The notes: a model not told the origin generated them from the letters alone. Positions 15,801 to 28,271 are shown, counted from the first letter of the stretch. The stretch is 64,000 bases of DNA from Tubulanus polymorphus (GCF_964204645.1 NC_134033.1:4426231-4490230), one strand, 5' to 3'. Numbers and translations are program-made.

Positions 15801-17817
15801 ACGATATTTTTTTCCCATACACAGGCATGGCTTTAGTGTAGATGAAGGCTAGGCACTGCACATTGTGGATTGACTGGAACTCTTAACTCACAAAATTAAA
15901 CGAGTCAACAAGAAAGATCCAATAATTGGACATTTGTCTAACTATATTATTTAACAGCTTGAAATAACACATTCTGCAAGAGTATACAAAGGAAATCAGT
16001 TCTTACATTATATCAGAATCAATAGTTCGCTTAACTCTGGCTAGAATTCTGGTTCCATTGCTTCATATTCTAATGAAATCCACTAGTATACCTTAGAATA
16101 TCGCTTCTTAGCTTAAGACTAAAAATTTGGTACCAGGAAACAGGAGAGAAAAGTGGGTGTACTGTACATCCGCAATTGACTTATTTCTCTCTGGTTGAAT
16201 CAAGTTATTATTGAAATAGCATTCGAATAGCCATTTTATTTTTAAAAATTGTGTCGTTCAGCTATCCTGCTGCAAATTTCGCAGTTGAAGTTTACTGGTG
16301 CCATCTGATTTCTCAGTATCTCAAAAAATTTGCACATTCTAAGCCTGAATCTAAAAATAGAAAAAGGTGCATTTTAGTCGGATATAAAAGAATAGTGGCT
16401 AATACACCCTGGACTATATAGCCTATGGGGTGGGCCTAGTTTGAAAGCACTGAGGTCTGACAGAACAGCACTTAGTAAATAAATACTGAAATTAAACTTA
16501 CAAAACACCCAATACTTGAGATGATGTACTTGACAAGAAGTGTCACCAGCTAAGCATATCAACTTTGTCTATGACTCCTCCTTTTATAGATTCAGTAGTA
16601 GTCTAAAAATAAGAATCGGTACATTTTTCTAACAGTCGGTATGTCATTTCTTCAAAAAAACTAATTATTATCACGCCACAGCAAATAAATTATTCACAGT
16701 TGTTGAATGGTTAGCCCGATTTAGATTAATTGGTTGACGCTAATCAGTATGACCCATACGTAGGGGCCTACTGCATGCCATTGGCGTCAATCCATTCCAT
16801 TCCATTCCACAGTGAATTAAAAAGAAATTTAGTTAGATCCCTTTTGTCCAAAAGCTGCATCATTTATATAACTAGCTGTCAAATTTAATTTACCTCCTTC
16901 AGAGAATACCATAGTGACATAGTCCGTCGCCCATCAACGTGTTGACAAAAGAAAAGTTGCTCCATGTTTTATACATGAACGTTCAAATAAGATATTTTGC
17001 GTCTTGCAGGGAATATTGAGCTTAGTGTTTTAGTTGGCTTGCACGGTTTGTGAATGGGTTTTCCTCATTATGCTGCCTGTATGCATTAAAAATCCGGATT
17101 TCAAGCGAATTAATTTGTCCAACAAGTGGCCCTCTAGAAGTATACTCCACACATACTGTCCATGCGTGTCTCTGTAACCGAAGGTAGAGACTAAAACACG
17201 GTTCAGGACTCGGCAGCGGACACCGGCCCGGAAAATATTTCAAAACGTGTATTGTTGGTACCTAGCACGATTTCAGCGTTTTTCGGGAATTCCCTGAAAT
17301 TTCGGCGTTTTTCGGAAATTCCCTGAAATTTCAGCGTTTTTATTTCTGCGTTTCAGCGTTTCAGTGATTCAGCTTTTTCAGCGAAGTTCAGGAACCGGTT
17401 AATTAGTTTGTATTCTGGCAGGAACCACTGATAGTTAAACTACGTTGTCAATGTCGGGGAGTGAAAAAAGCGCATAAGTTTTGGATTTGCCGGTTCCCGT
17501 CTCCCAGTTGCTACTAAAGATAAATGTGGACTCGTGCAGTCACCGAACTACCCGGGTTCGGCAGGAAGTACATCTAAATCTTTTTTCTACGAATTTGAAA
17601 AACCCGATACAACATAATATATTTCAATATTTCAGATTTATCGTCAAATCTATTGGATCAGTTTCATGTGAAACAAACAACGTGGATGCGAATGATCCGA
17701 TCATTTTGATACACAGCTGATAAAGTAATACCTCTTTCAAAATGGAAAACTGTTCAAATTTATAAGGACCCAACACAAAACTTTAATATGTGAAAATAAC
17801 GCGGTTCGTGGACTTAG
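12879..17817 (+). pseudogene. GRL101-like copy C pseudogene (exon 1, intron 14113..14408, partial exon 2), 3'-truncated
   Basis: Collinear with 34575-38030. Lesions: frameshift/stop near 13350-13370, TAA at 13711-13713 (TCA in copy B), a 1-nt deletion near 14611 and a 2.4-kb insertion at 15025-17397. Homology ends at about 17817. The upstream ~500 bp (12380-12878) matches 34088-34574. Confidence 0.92.
15025..17397. mobile_element. Non-autonomous Mutator-like (MULE) DNA transposon
   Basis: TIRs of about 230 bp (CGGTTCCTGAACTTCGCTGAAAA... / ...TTTTCAGCGAAGTTCAGGAACCG). 9-bp TSD GTTAATGAG (15016-15024) / GTTAATTAG (17398-17406) with one mismatch. Host exon sequence resumes after the element. 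No transposase ORF. Confidence 0.85.
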
Positions 17818-17867
17818 TATAACTAGATTTATTCACGACTTTAAAAGTTCGTAACCACCATAATCTA

Positions 17868-18010
17868 TGGGATAATATATACCCAGGGGAATAATATAGA
17901 ATCCAGGAATATCGGACTCGGGGAATAAATAGAACCCCTTTATCTAGGTTTCCCCTGGGGGAACATAGAACCCGTGGGAAATATAGAACCCGGGGAACAT
18001 GGGTATGGAT
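17868..18010. repeat. Degenerate short tandem repeats (GGGGAAYATAGAACCC-like), probable MITE remnant
   Basis: Several imperfect copies of ggggaa(c/t)atagaaccc just past the breakpoint of the GRL101 pseudogene. Confidence 0.5.
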
Positions 18011-18103
18011 CGTATTATTTTCAAGTGTCGTCATCTTGCAAGTAAATCCAGTCACAATCTGTCCCTGGATTAATCCGTAAAGAATAAACAATATCTCAAT
18101 CAA

Positions 18104-19201
18104 TTATTTTGAATAACACAGATAACTGATGAGTAATACTTGTTTTGCTTTTTTCCTGAAGCTGTCGTTCGTTGCGCAATAAACGAAGAAATTTACTGAT
18201 GAATCAAAAGCACTGAGCAGAATTCCAACTTTCCTCAGGACCATTAGTTCATCTCCGGATAAACTGTGGCGTATTCCTAACTTGATTCTGAAGAAATGTA
18301 ACAATCGCTGTACAGATGCCGGAATTTCGAACACAAAGTACAATAACACAATCAAGAGAACCATTTTTAATATTTTCAATTCAGCGGATGTGTTTTTACT
18401 TTTCTCACTGATCGCCGCTGAGTTAAATTGTTTCTTCCCATCTATTTTTCTAAATATCATGACTCCGAACAAAGTTAGATTTAACATTATTAGAATAATG
18501 AAAGGTAAGAGAACCGTCATGAAGATGTAGGTAATGAATGTGAAGTAATACCCATAATCATACCGATAATGAAAAGGTGTTCGAGTTGTTTGGCCACCAA
18601 AGGCTCCCAATGTAAATACACCTGGAACACAAGGATCGGTCGTCCTTCCGGGTAAACGAAGTGGAAAATAATGCGGCCAATGACAAACTGCTGAGAAAAA
18701 CGCGTTGAACAATGATAAGAATATTATTTGTTTTTTGTTCCAGAATCTTCTAAAATACAGCGGACTCGCGACGACCAAAAGTCTCTCAAAACTTACTATC
18801 ACAACCGCCCAGTTTCTAGCAGTTTGAAATGTAAAGAACAGCGGCATCGCCCATGTAATGATTTCGTGTCCAAAATACCAATCATCATAGTGCATAAGCA
18901 GTTTAGTTTTAGTGGTTTTGCTGAAATCGATGATAATAAGACGAAATGGGTAAAGTACGAATACTGACAACAGAAATAGTATTTCAAACCAGGCAAGAAT
19001 TATAATAGTTTGATAAGTGGTACGACCGATCTTTCTGAATACTACAATAGAAACAGAGTTCAGTATCACTCCCAGAACTGAAACCAACGAATATCCGAAA
19101 CGGTACAGATTGACACTGAACACATGGTTCCATCGTGTAGGTGGATGTACACAGTGAGGAGACTCAGCCATCGTCGATGTGAATTGTGATGTAAAATTCA
19201 T
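18104..19201 (-). CDS. Single-exon class A GPCR, FMRFamide/peptide-receptor-like (365 aa)
   Basis: Seven hydrophobic segments; GVILN (TM1), ERLLVVASP (TM3), LLPF (TM5), EIPAS (TM6), DSSVNFFVY (TM7) and helix 8 SFRKK. Confidence 0.92.
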   Translation of the reverse strand: MNFTSQFTSTMAESPHCVHPPTRWNHVFSVNLYRFGYSLVSVLGVILNSVSIVVFRKIGRTTYQTIIILAWFEILFLLSVFVLYPFRLIIIDFSKTTKTKLLMHYDDWYFGHEIITWAMPLFFTFQTARNWAVVIVSFERLLVVASPLYFRRFWNKKQIIFLSLFNAFFSAVCHWPHYFPLRLPGRTTDPCVPGVFTLGAFGGQTTRTPFHYRYDYGYYFTFITYIFMTVLLPFIILIMLNLTLFGVMIFRKIDGKKQFNSAAISEKSKNTSAELKILKMVLLIVLLYFVFEIPASVQRLLHFFRIKLGIRHSLSGDELMVLRKVGILLSAFDSSVNFFVYCATNDSFRKKAKQVLLISYLCYSK

Positions 19202-19577
19202 ATTTCAATAGCAGTAATCAGCTGGCAGTTTAATAGCGAGAGACACGTAGCCTCCCGTTATCTATACTCGTGTCATACATAACCTGCAATCATCTGCACG
19301 ACTGTATCGTATCGCTCATCTCCATCATGCAGTGCCAAAAATTACTTGCTGAAATACGTTTTATTCGATATCTCCGATGGAATATGTTTTTTGCGAAAAT
19401 AGCGGAACTCTATTAAACTACCAGAACAAGTCGTGGCTTTCCTCGACTGTTTGATAGGACAGTAATATTACTAGAGTTTGGAAAAGAAGGCGTAACTAGG
19501 TCATAACTAGGTGTCTAATGAAGACGGGACATGCATTTAGAAAAAGGGGACAATATATTCTGTTTTTATTTCATTTT

Positions 19578-20054
19578 TCAAATCGAGAAGGCATGTGGTG
19601 ACCCGACGTCCGGCGTCATTTGGCACACTGTGAACAATATACTTCGGTCAAAATATGTGCAAGAGTTGAACGCGGATATTTCCGACATATCTTCCGACGT
19701 ATATTTTTCCGAGATAATTCGGTCTTCAACGAAAGTGACACAGGTTAATGGGATCGGCAGATCCCGACACAAGTAGGATATTTCCTGCGCTCGATTGCTG
19801 TTGTAAAGCGATTTACATCGGATATAATCGAATATGAGCGGTTGTGTCCGACCAGTAACGATCGGGATTATTCCAATCCGAATTTTGCCATTCCATGGCG
19901 TAGGCGTTTTCCGATTATCGCAGGGAAATTCCGATAAAAACCATTGGATATCTCGGAATGTTTGTCTCAAATAACCTGTTAAGTCAACATTTTCCAAAAC
20001 AATGTCAATGTTGACCTGTAACAGGCTATCTGATTGCAACAGACATCCCGAGAC
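19578..20054 (-). CDS. Putative terminal coding exon of an unknown protein
   Basis: About 158 open codons after a strong acceptor (TTTCCTTTTTAG|TCTCGG) in AT-rich DNA. No family recognised and no upstream exon in phase was found. Confidence 0.35.
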   Translation of the reverse strand, partial: VSGCLLQSDSLLQVNIDIVLENVDLTGYLRQTFRDIQWFLSEFPCDNRKTPTPWNGKIRIGIIPIVTGRTQPLIFDYIRCKSLYNSNRAQEISYLCRDLPIPLTCVTFVEDRIISEKYTSEDMSEISAFNSCTYFDRSILFTVCQMTPDVGSPHAFSI

Positions 20055-21328
20055 TAAAAAGGAAAATATCTGCAACATATGTTATCAATGGGAAATCCGC
20101 GTGCAATAGATAAGCAAACGGATGAAGAGAAAGGTGAAAATGGTTAGATCAAAAATATCATCGGACCTTCCTGACCTGACCTTATCAGCCCTATGGGCGA
20201 CAATTCCTTTCAAGGAGTCAAGAACGATATTGCCGCTAGATTTCCGGGCCTGTAGTCAGCCATGTCTTCGGAGGGTGGATTGTCACTGAATTGATCGACC
20301 TTTTATTTCTATGAAAGTTGAACCATTTGTAAGGTTAATTCCCACGTAAATTCCGGGTCCTGTGAGAACTTACGTAAACAATTTTCTTTTCCAAATTGAT
20401 AGAAGCAAATTGATAGGTAGTTTCACAACTTCTAGAATATTTGGGCTGAAGTTTTTCTTCTTTAACCAACAATTTTGCCACCGATCAATTAAGTTTGTAA
20501 GCGTGCGCATATTATATAAACGAAAAAAAAACAACGAAAGAAAAGTTTTAGTAAATGAGTAAATTCAGTTGATGCCCGATACTCCGTTACTTGTCTGAAG
20601 CAATTCATGTAAATCAAAACTTATCAAACTGTCTCGTCGTCGCTCTCTTGAACTGACCCGTTCCAACAACTGTTGTTAGCCAAGGCGAAGATAGAACCGT
20701 TTGTCCAGTTTCTCGACTAATTTGTGTCACTAATTTTCTGTCGCAGTCTCCTGCCTGACTAACTTGTGACTGACCTTGAACTCGTGGATATAGGTGCTGC
20801 AGGTGACCTGATCAGAAAGCTGAGTTTTAGAGTGACCTGAAATATGTGTTTAAAGACGTAAGTTTTAGTATAGTATGTTCATAAGTACAACATAAAACAT
20901 TATAAGATTCGTAGAAGAAATAATAAGGCCGCGCAAAAAGATGACGACGGTCGAAGGATTTTATTTTTAACTCCCTTTTAACCCTTTCAGTTCTGACTAA
21001 TTAATACCCTATAGTGCTGGAGATAATTTGAAATTTTTTAGAAATTCCACCCTATTCTGTAGAATAACGGGAATACCACTATTGTGCGTCTACACCGCGG
21101 TGCGGTGTATCGTTAGTTACTAGTATTTTACTATGTTTGACAGGTGTTGTCATTTTTCAAGATAGATAATTATTAATTATATCAATACACCGCAGTGTGG
21201 TGTACTAGCAAAATCTATCACTGATTTATACACCATAGGGTTATCCCTTCTCTATGATAAGATAATTCGAATTTTCTTGCAAAGTTTATGGATTCAATGT
21301 TGCAACTTTGTTGGCGAATTCTTTGTAG

Positions 21329-21591
21329 ATTTTGTAATTGATACCGTGTCAAAGAATCTGCCTTCGTCCGATATCAACCCACTCGAACCAGTTACAACCA
21401 CAGCGTCTGAAACTCACTGCGGTTTGAAATGTGTTTTGAATCGTGAATGTGATTTGTTCGTCATCAAACGACAAAATAACATCGTCAAATGTCGTTTATA
21501 TAATACAGATCTGATTGCCGTTGGTCAATGGCAACAAGCCACTGATGAAGTTATCTATAAAGATGAGTCTAGATTCAGACACATCACATAA
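21329..21591 (+). pseudogene. Orphan PAN/apple-domain exon
   Basis: Acceptor TTCTTTGTAG|AT. Cys pattern SETHCGLKCVLNRECDLF...KCRLY is typical of PAN domains. An apparently mutated donor AAAG|ATGAGT lies at 21562/21563. Confidence 0.55.
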
Positions 21592-24117
21592 GTCTAATAA
21601 CGCATTTTGCTGATTGATTAACCGTGAAAGCTTCGATGTTAGCAAATCACGATAATTCAATATATGTCAATAATATAATGGAAATTATAGCGTTATCAAA
21701 CGTAACATTTATTCAAATAGACAAAGCCAGGTTGCGACCAACTCGAGAGAGAAATACGTAACGCAATGTATTTTGATATTCTTATTCGATTCTTAATGAA
21801 GGATTCATTTTGTTGTCAATCTTTTTAATCTAGTGGCTTTTAATCTTTACTCTTTAAAACGATACTTTAATTCTTCAATAAACTCCATAACATGTTTGAA
21901 TCGAGTCTGTCGCGTGGGACGAAGCTATATCGGATATATACGCCTGTGAATTCGTGAAAAATCCAAAGCCAGAATGCGTAATGTCTATTAATCTACGTCT
22001 GGGATCGTTTTTGGATATCGTTCGAACACATACCTCAGTTCGGTCTTTAATACGACCAGTGAAACAGTGCAGGGTAAATAAACCATGGTTTTTTATATCC
22101 ATTCTACAATACAGCATTGTTTAGATTAATTAAAGGCTTATCAGATGTAACATACAGAGAACACGTAGATGCGGTCTCACCTGACGCGGCACTGGCATGA
22201 GTACAGGCCCGATATACAAGTCACTGCGGAGGGTTCATCAGACAATGATGATCGTAGATTAATTGCCTACGTTTTATGATTTTCTGCAGAAGTAAATGAA
22301 CAGGACCAAACAAAAAAACAAATTACTGATTTTGTACTTAAATATTCAAAAAGAGTAAATTATACTTCTATATAATTGAAAGATATTGTCTTGCTATATT
22401 CAAATTAAAGGAGAGAGTAGTTCACTATACACATAGAGAACCATTTGACAATGTTATTTACCATTTTCCGAGATATGGGTTCATGAAATAAATCTTGCGG
22501 GGCAGTATGATATACAGCTTCCGTGGTACATTGAACTTACCTATGTCTCAACATGCGTCGCACGTGTATTATATAAAAAGTCACAAAATTCTTTCTCCAG
22601 GCTACAGTGCGTAATTGGAGTCTGATCGTTGTAAAGCAGATGGTGGACTCGTGAAAAAAGTCATATTATTATAATATAACTTATAACTAATATTATTTAG
22701 TTTGTTTACGCAGCGATTGTATTCATTCTCAATTCTCGCATTAAGTTTCAAATGTACTGATTTAAAAAACCGTTTCAATAAATGGTTATTAAAATCTGAT
22801 GATTTCTGTGATATTTTGGCCATGCATCATTTTCCCTCGTTGGGTTGTCTCAAGTTACCCCGGTTACTTTGCCACAATTCTACAAATTTCACCATACTGC
22901 TTCTGGACGGTATTTAAAGGTAAATGGTGTTGTTTCTCATAGACATATTAAATTGTAATTTTACTATCCTGCTTTAGTTTATGCAAATTATCTAATATGG
23001 CGTATGGCGTATGTCTTAACCCTACTACCTTTCCGACTTCTGTAATTTCTATTTATGATTCATAGATTTATGCTCGATCGTTATCGTTGTACCGCAAGAC
23101 ATAGCACAAGGGGATTTTTTAGCATATTGAAAATATCTATTTCATTCAATTCATTTCATTTCAATTTAAGACATCGACAAAATGGGGTTCCGGTATAAAC
23201 ACATTATTCGAAAATGGAATCTTAATGTTAACACTGATCGATACCCTGTTCATTTCTTGCGCTTCTGCCATTCTGTCCCCCTTCATGGTCGTTGTGTGGC
23301 ACGTAGGGGTTGAGGTCCGGAGGGAAAAAACCTGTCCCAGGCATATCAGCAAGAAGACTTGTAGAATAAGCACGGATTAACAGTTTACATGCAGTAAATT
23401 TATATGAAACGCCGGAACTATCGAAAATGTGACTGGCAACTAGCAACTAGTAATAACTATAGTTGAAGAAAGGGAACCCACATTTATCAAACAGTGATTC
23501 ACGATCAAGATTGACATAGGAGGAGGAGAAAATATCCTTTCATCACGATACAGAATTATAGCTCATTTGCTGTTTATTATCATGCATTACAACTTCGTGT
23601 TATTTTGAAGTAAATAGTCAAGCCATTCGTATCTAGTTTATCAATCCCACAATAACCGCTTTTCTGTTTGCAAAAAAAGCGTCATGGCGCATTCGGGCGG
23701 CTTGAGGAGTAATAGGTAAGGCGGATACGGGCGGCGTGCGAGCTTAAGTTGTAAGATTGGCTGTAGAACTAAGTTGGTCTTAGACTGGTCTTAAGTATAT
23801 GCCATGACTGTGCAACCGGCCCCTGATATACCTCCAAAATCGCTCTGCACCGATGTGGGCGGTATATCGGGATTAACTATTAGATATCTATATCTATTTG
23901 AATATATTCTATATATCAATAGGAATATATACTTGATTATAACACTACAAACCGGGAAAGACTACGTCTATTATGATATATCTATATTTAACAACAACGT
24001 CTAAACGACTACACTGTATCAATTTGTTTCGAAGCTCTGTATCGGAACGACATTACTGACGTCACGTCGCAGTCGACCTGAACCCACCTACTGTATCTGA
24101 TTCTCGATTATTTTCGC

Positions 24118-27100
24118 TTATTCGCTCGCTGTTTTGGAGGCTTTAGAGGTTTGACCCAGTTTGAATTCCGCTCGACACATATCGAACACTCGTTTGTTGA
24201 CGATAAAAGCCAAGAAAACCAGACAACCTTGAGACGAGTTCAACAAATTGAAGAAATACCAGAGATAATCGTTATTTACGAACGACGCTACGAACCCGAC
24301 CACCCACGTGACCCCAGTCACTACAGCCATTCGGTAGAAAATGAATGTGGTCGTTCTCATCTGTTTGGCGTTAGATGAAGAAGTGGACATCGCGGAAAAT
24401 GACCGGTGAATGCGGTAAACTGTAGCTACGAATAGAATCATACTGACCAGATCGATAATACCGATCGGTAGAACGAACGCCATCAATAGGGAGAAACTGG
24501 AACTAAACCAACAAGTAACGGGGCTTCCGTAAACCGCACCGGAGTACTGAGTGGTATCGGTGTTGTGTAGGACGATACAGGGTCCGACAATGAGGAATGG
24601 AGAAAACCAAACTGATAGTAGATAGTACAGTAACGTCTTAGGAGAATCGATCAGTTTACGAATAGTGGAAAATGTAATGAACATGTGAACAGAAACAGCG
24701 GCCATAGACGCGAAAACAACCATCCAAATATAGTGTTTAACAGCGGCCATCGACACGCATAGTAATCGATTATCAACGCCGATCAGGCTGGAAATATGAA
24801 GAGTTTGAGCCACGGCGAGAGTTATACAGAGATTGACGATGAGTTTACCGGGTAGAGTTCGCAGATCGGGAATATTCAAATAGATTACGACCGTTATCAC
24901 GAGACTGACGACGGACAGACAGCTACAGGTGAAGGTAATCAGGAAATCGTGATCGGAAAATAACGAACTGACCGTTATTTTAAATTTTGAATTGTTTCGT
25001 CGTCTGCAAACCATGGCTCCTGTACTAGAATACACTCGCACGCAGTCATTGATTTTAGTGGAACATTTACTCGATTTTAATATCTGCATTTTTCCGTCGT
25101 CTCTGGTAATTTGAAAAATTCTGTAATATTTAAAAGACGGGTTGGATTGGGCTAGAAATGAGTTACTTCCGGTTTGGGTCATATTGTTTTCTACGTCTGC
25201 CTCTGTATCGATGACGTCACAGCGAGTATTCTTAGTCAAACTCGTAGCCGACAACTCGTAACCGGAAATGGTCACCAGACTGCCATCATTGCCGAATTGA
25301 CACGTGATCATCGCCTCATATTCGCTCAAGATTGATTCCATAGTGACGTCACCGAGAAACTCTTCGTGATTGGTAAGCGTGAAGTCGCGTCTGTACAATG
25401 ACGATTCATTGCTTAAAGATGATAAACTTCCTATTTCTGAAATCTTTGATTTATGGACATCGCCGCAGACTTTCACTTTGAAATACATCAATTCAAACCC
25501 GAAGTTTTTCATAACAAATCGCTGAGTTTCGTTAAAAGTAATAAAGAAAGATAAATACACGCGTACGGATATTATAGGCCATTCGTTCTCAACAAGCCGA
25601 CAGACAGCGTTGTCTTCGTCGGTACCCAGGAGTCGGTATCCCCGTAAACAGCCGTATCCGCGACATCTACGCGTCTCCTGGTCAAATATTTCGTTTGTTT
25701 CCGAGCAAAGAAAGTCTTTCGGCGCCCACGAGATGACGGGCATTCCCGCAGTTCGAAATTCTACGCCGTTCGCGACACTGAAATCGAGTAAGATGTTCAA
25801 ACCGAATGTTTTTTGGCCGGTTAGATCATAGTTACAAACTAAGGTCGATTCGTTTAAAACGCTGTCACTCAGTTCACATTTCATACAGTAATAATTACGG
25901 TATGTTTTCACCCGTCCACCGACTACAGCTGATATCGGGTTAAAAACCCGTCTGCATTTAGACCTTAAGTCTTGATCTGCTGACTCGTTGCAGTGTGACG
26001 TCACGGGTAGGTTACTGCGCATGCACGGCTGTAAAACCATGCGAACTTTCCTGTGATGCGCGTAAGATAAACGACAATCTTCGGGCAGCCGAACCTTCGC
26101 GGTATCGTCGCTTAAAGACGCGTTTTGCACGCTCGTGATGACGTCATCGATTCGTGTGGTTTTAGTGCACTGCAGGACGAGACTAGCCGGTTCGTATTGA
26201 GTGTCGTTGAACCCGTGACACATCGCGCAATACATATTCTTAAAGGGAAGCCAGTCGTCGATGTAGACGGGAATCGTCGTAGCTAGATTACTGGACGGCG
26301 ATTCGCAATAGCGACGCATGTCTGAATTCAAGTCGAAATCACTCGGGCACCGACTGATCGCTATAAAACCTTTTGACTGATACGTCTCGATTCCGATTCC
26401 GTATATACAGTCGGTCCATTGAATTTGTTGTATCGTTTTGTTTCGCCTCAATTCGTCCACGTCGCTTCTCATGACGCACTTTCCAACCAGGTCACAACAG
26501 TTGTTAAACAGTCCGCAAGTACATAAATTCGCCAAACAACCCGTGACTGGACAAACTCGAACTAAATCTCCATCTTCATCTATTTGCTCCGATGCCACCT
26601 TGTAATCTCCGATCAATTGGTTTTTTATGTCGCCTCTTCCGGGAATTTTTCGACCAGGAATCCTACCTGCGTTACCCGTTATCCCAGTTCCGGGAATCTG
26701 TCTACTCGGCATTCCAGATTCGGGGAATCGTTGGGTCGCGATGAAATAATCTGAAATTATTACAGCAATTAGTTTTTTTTTCGATAAACCCTTCTTCCAT
26801 TTTTAGAACTTCCATTTTGCATTAGAAAATCTTAACCCCAGTAATCAAAAAGGCCTTAACGTACGTATAACCGTACGGTATAGCTTAGAATTCGATTAAC
26901 ATCGTTTACGTTTTTTTTACGTTTCGTTTACGTACATTTAGAACGGAAATCGATCGGCGTTTTGGAAAGAGTTTAAACGCGTACCGTACATCGTTGTATC
27001 GGTTTCAAACGCGTTCAAATCGCGTACTGTACAACGCGTTTCAATTGGAACGATAAACGACAACGCGACCCGTTAATTTTAATCTGTACCGTACGTTTTT

Positions 27101-27768
27101 TTTTCTTTCACGACGGTTTAAAAGTGTCTGTATTTGTATTAACATGCGAAAAATACAATATAAACATGCATTATAAATGATTAAAATTTCCCCTTGAGAT
27201 ACAAATGGATTACTCAACCCTTAAATAATTTCTATTTACACAATGACAAATGGCCAACTGAATAATTTAGAACGGAATAAACATCTCCAAACGTTCTGGA
27301 TCCAGTTCCATCGTTCTAAGATGAATTTTACTCTAGAGTTAAAACATTGAAAATGAAGTGATTTTAACTCTGACTTACGTAATTCTGACTGACAACAGTG
27401 GAACTGGATCTGAATAATATAGTGTGAAATGCAGCTAATATCTAGGCTCCTATAAAATGTACAATAGCAAGAGACTAAGAGAGAGCAAGAGATTGACGTT
27501 TGTATTTCTTCTTTTGTTTTTCCCTCTCTCTCCATCTTTTTTTCTTTGAATATACATATATAGTGCTTGCTGTTGCGTCCTTTTGGCCTTTGCCTGGCCC
27601 TCACGAGAAAGCCTTCTCAATTGAATTTTTGTTCTGTTTGTGAATATTTTCATGGCATGCTTTCTTATAAAATGAATATAAATCGAACTAAAGAATAGTT
27701 AATTTCGACTTACCGGTGCAGACGACCAGCAGAAGAAGAAATCGATTCAGGACGGATCGATGATACAT
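24118..27768 (-). CDS. Methuselah/adhesion-like class B GPCR with Cys-rich ectodomain; exons 27768..27714 and 26750..24118 (895 aa)
   Basis: Exon 1 encodes signal-like MYHRSVLNRFLLLLVVCT; a phase-1 intron (G|GTAAGT ... ATTTCAG|AT) joins it in frame to the 864-aa ORF. Somatomedin-B-like Cys cluster (CTCGLFNNCCD), two (F/Y)(K/R)NxYCxxC repeats and a secretin-family 7TM (LRTLPGKLIVNL; GVTW; NSSQG). Confidence 0.88.
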
Positions 27769-28087
27769 CTCAAACCGGTATAGAAACCACACGACTGCGA
27801 CTCGTAAATGAGATCGAGTTAGATCGATTCTTATCTTATAAAAGTTAGATGTATCGTGTTCAGATGAAACAAGAAGCTGATTGCACGAATTAATTACGGA
27901 TGATAGTTAATGGACGCGTGAGATTTTAATGACGAGGCTTCGAAACAAACATTGACATGCGCTTAATTCTCTTCTATATACAAATAATGGCTTTACGCCG
28001 TTAAGGTGTTTGTTGCGCTTACCGGGATCAAGAAATCAAATCTATATCATGGACTGATTCTTTGGTGTTGAAATGCGTAAAAACGAC

Positions 28088-28250
28088 ATCTGGTTGGCAC
28101 TATTCATACACTATTTTCAATTGTCTTTTAATGCGGCCACATAAGATGTATAGATGCGCTCAGATTCAGATGTATAGACTCGTATCTGGGAGTATGTCGG
28201 GCTCGGGTAGAGCCGATCCTACCGAACTGGTTTTAGCTCGAAGGAGTTTC
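28088..28250 (+). pseudogene. Isolated, scrambled fragment of the GRL101-like 7TM (TM5-ICL3)
   Basis: Encodes QMYRLVSGSMSGSGRADPTELVLARRS; the DNA matches about 4040-4120. Confidence 0.88.
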
Positions 28251-28271
28251 TTTTAAAAAGTAAGACATATC

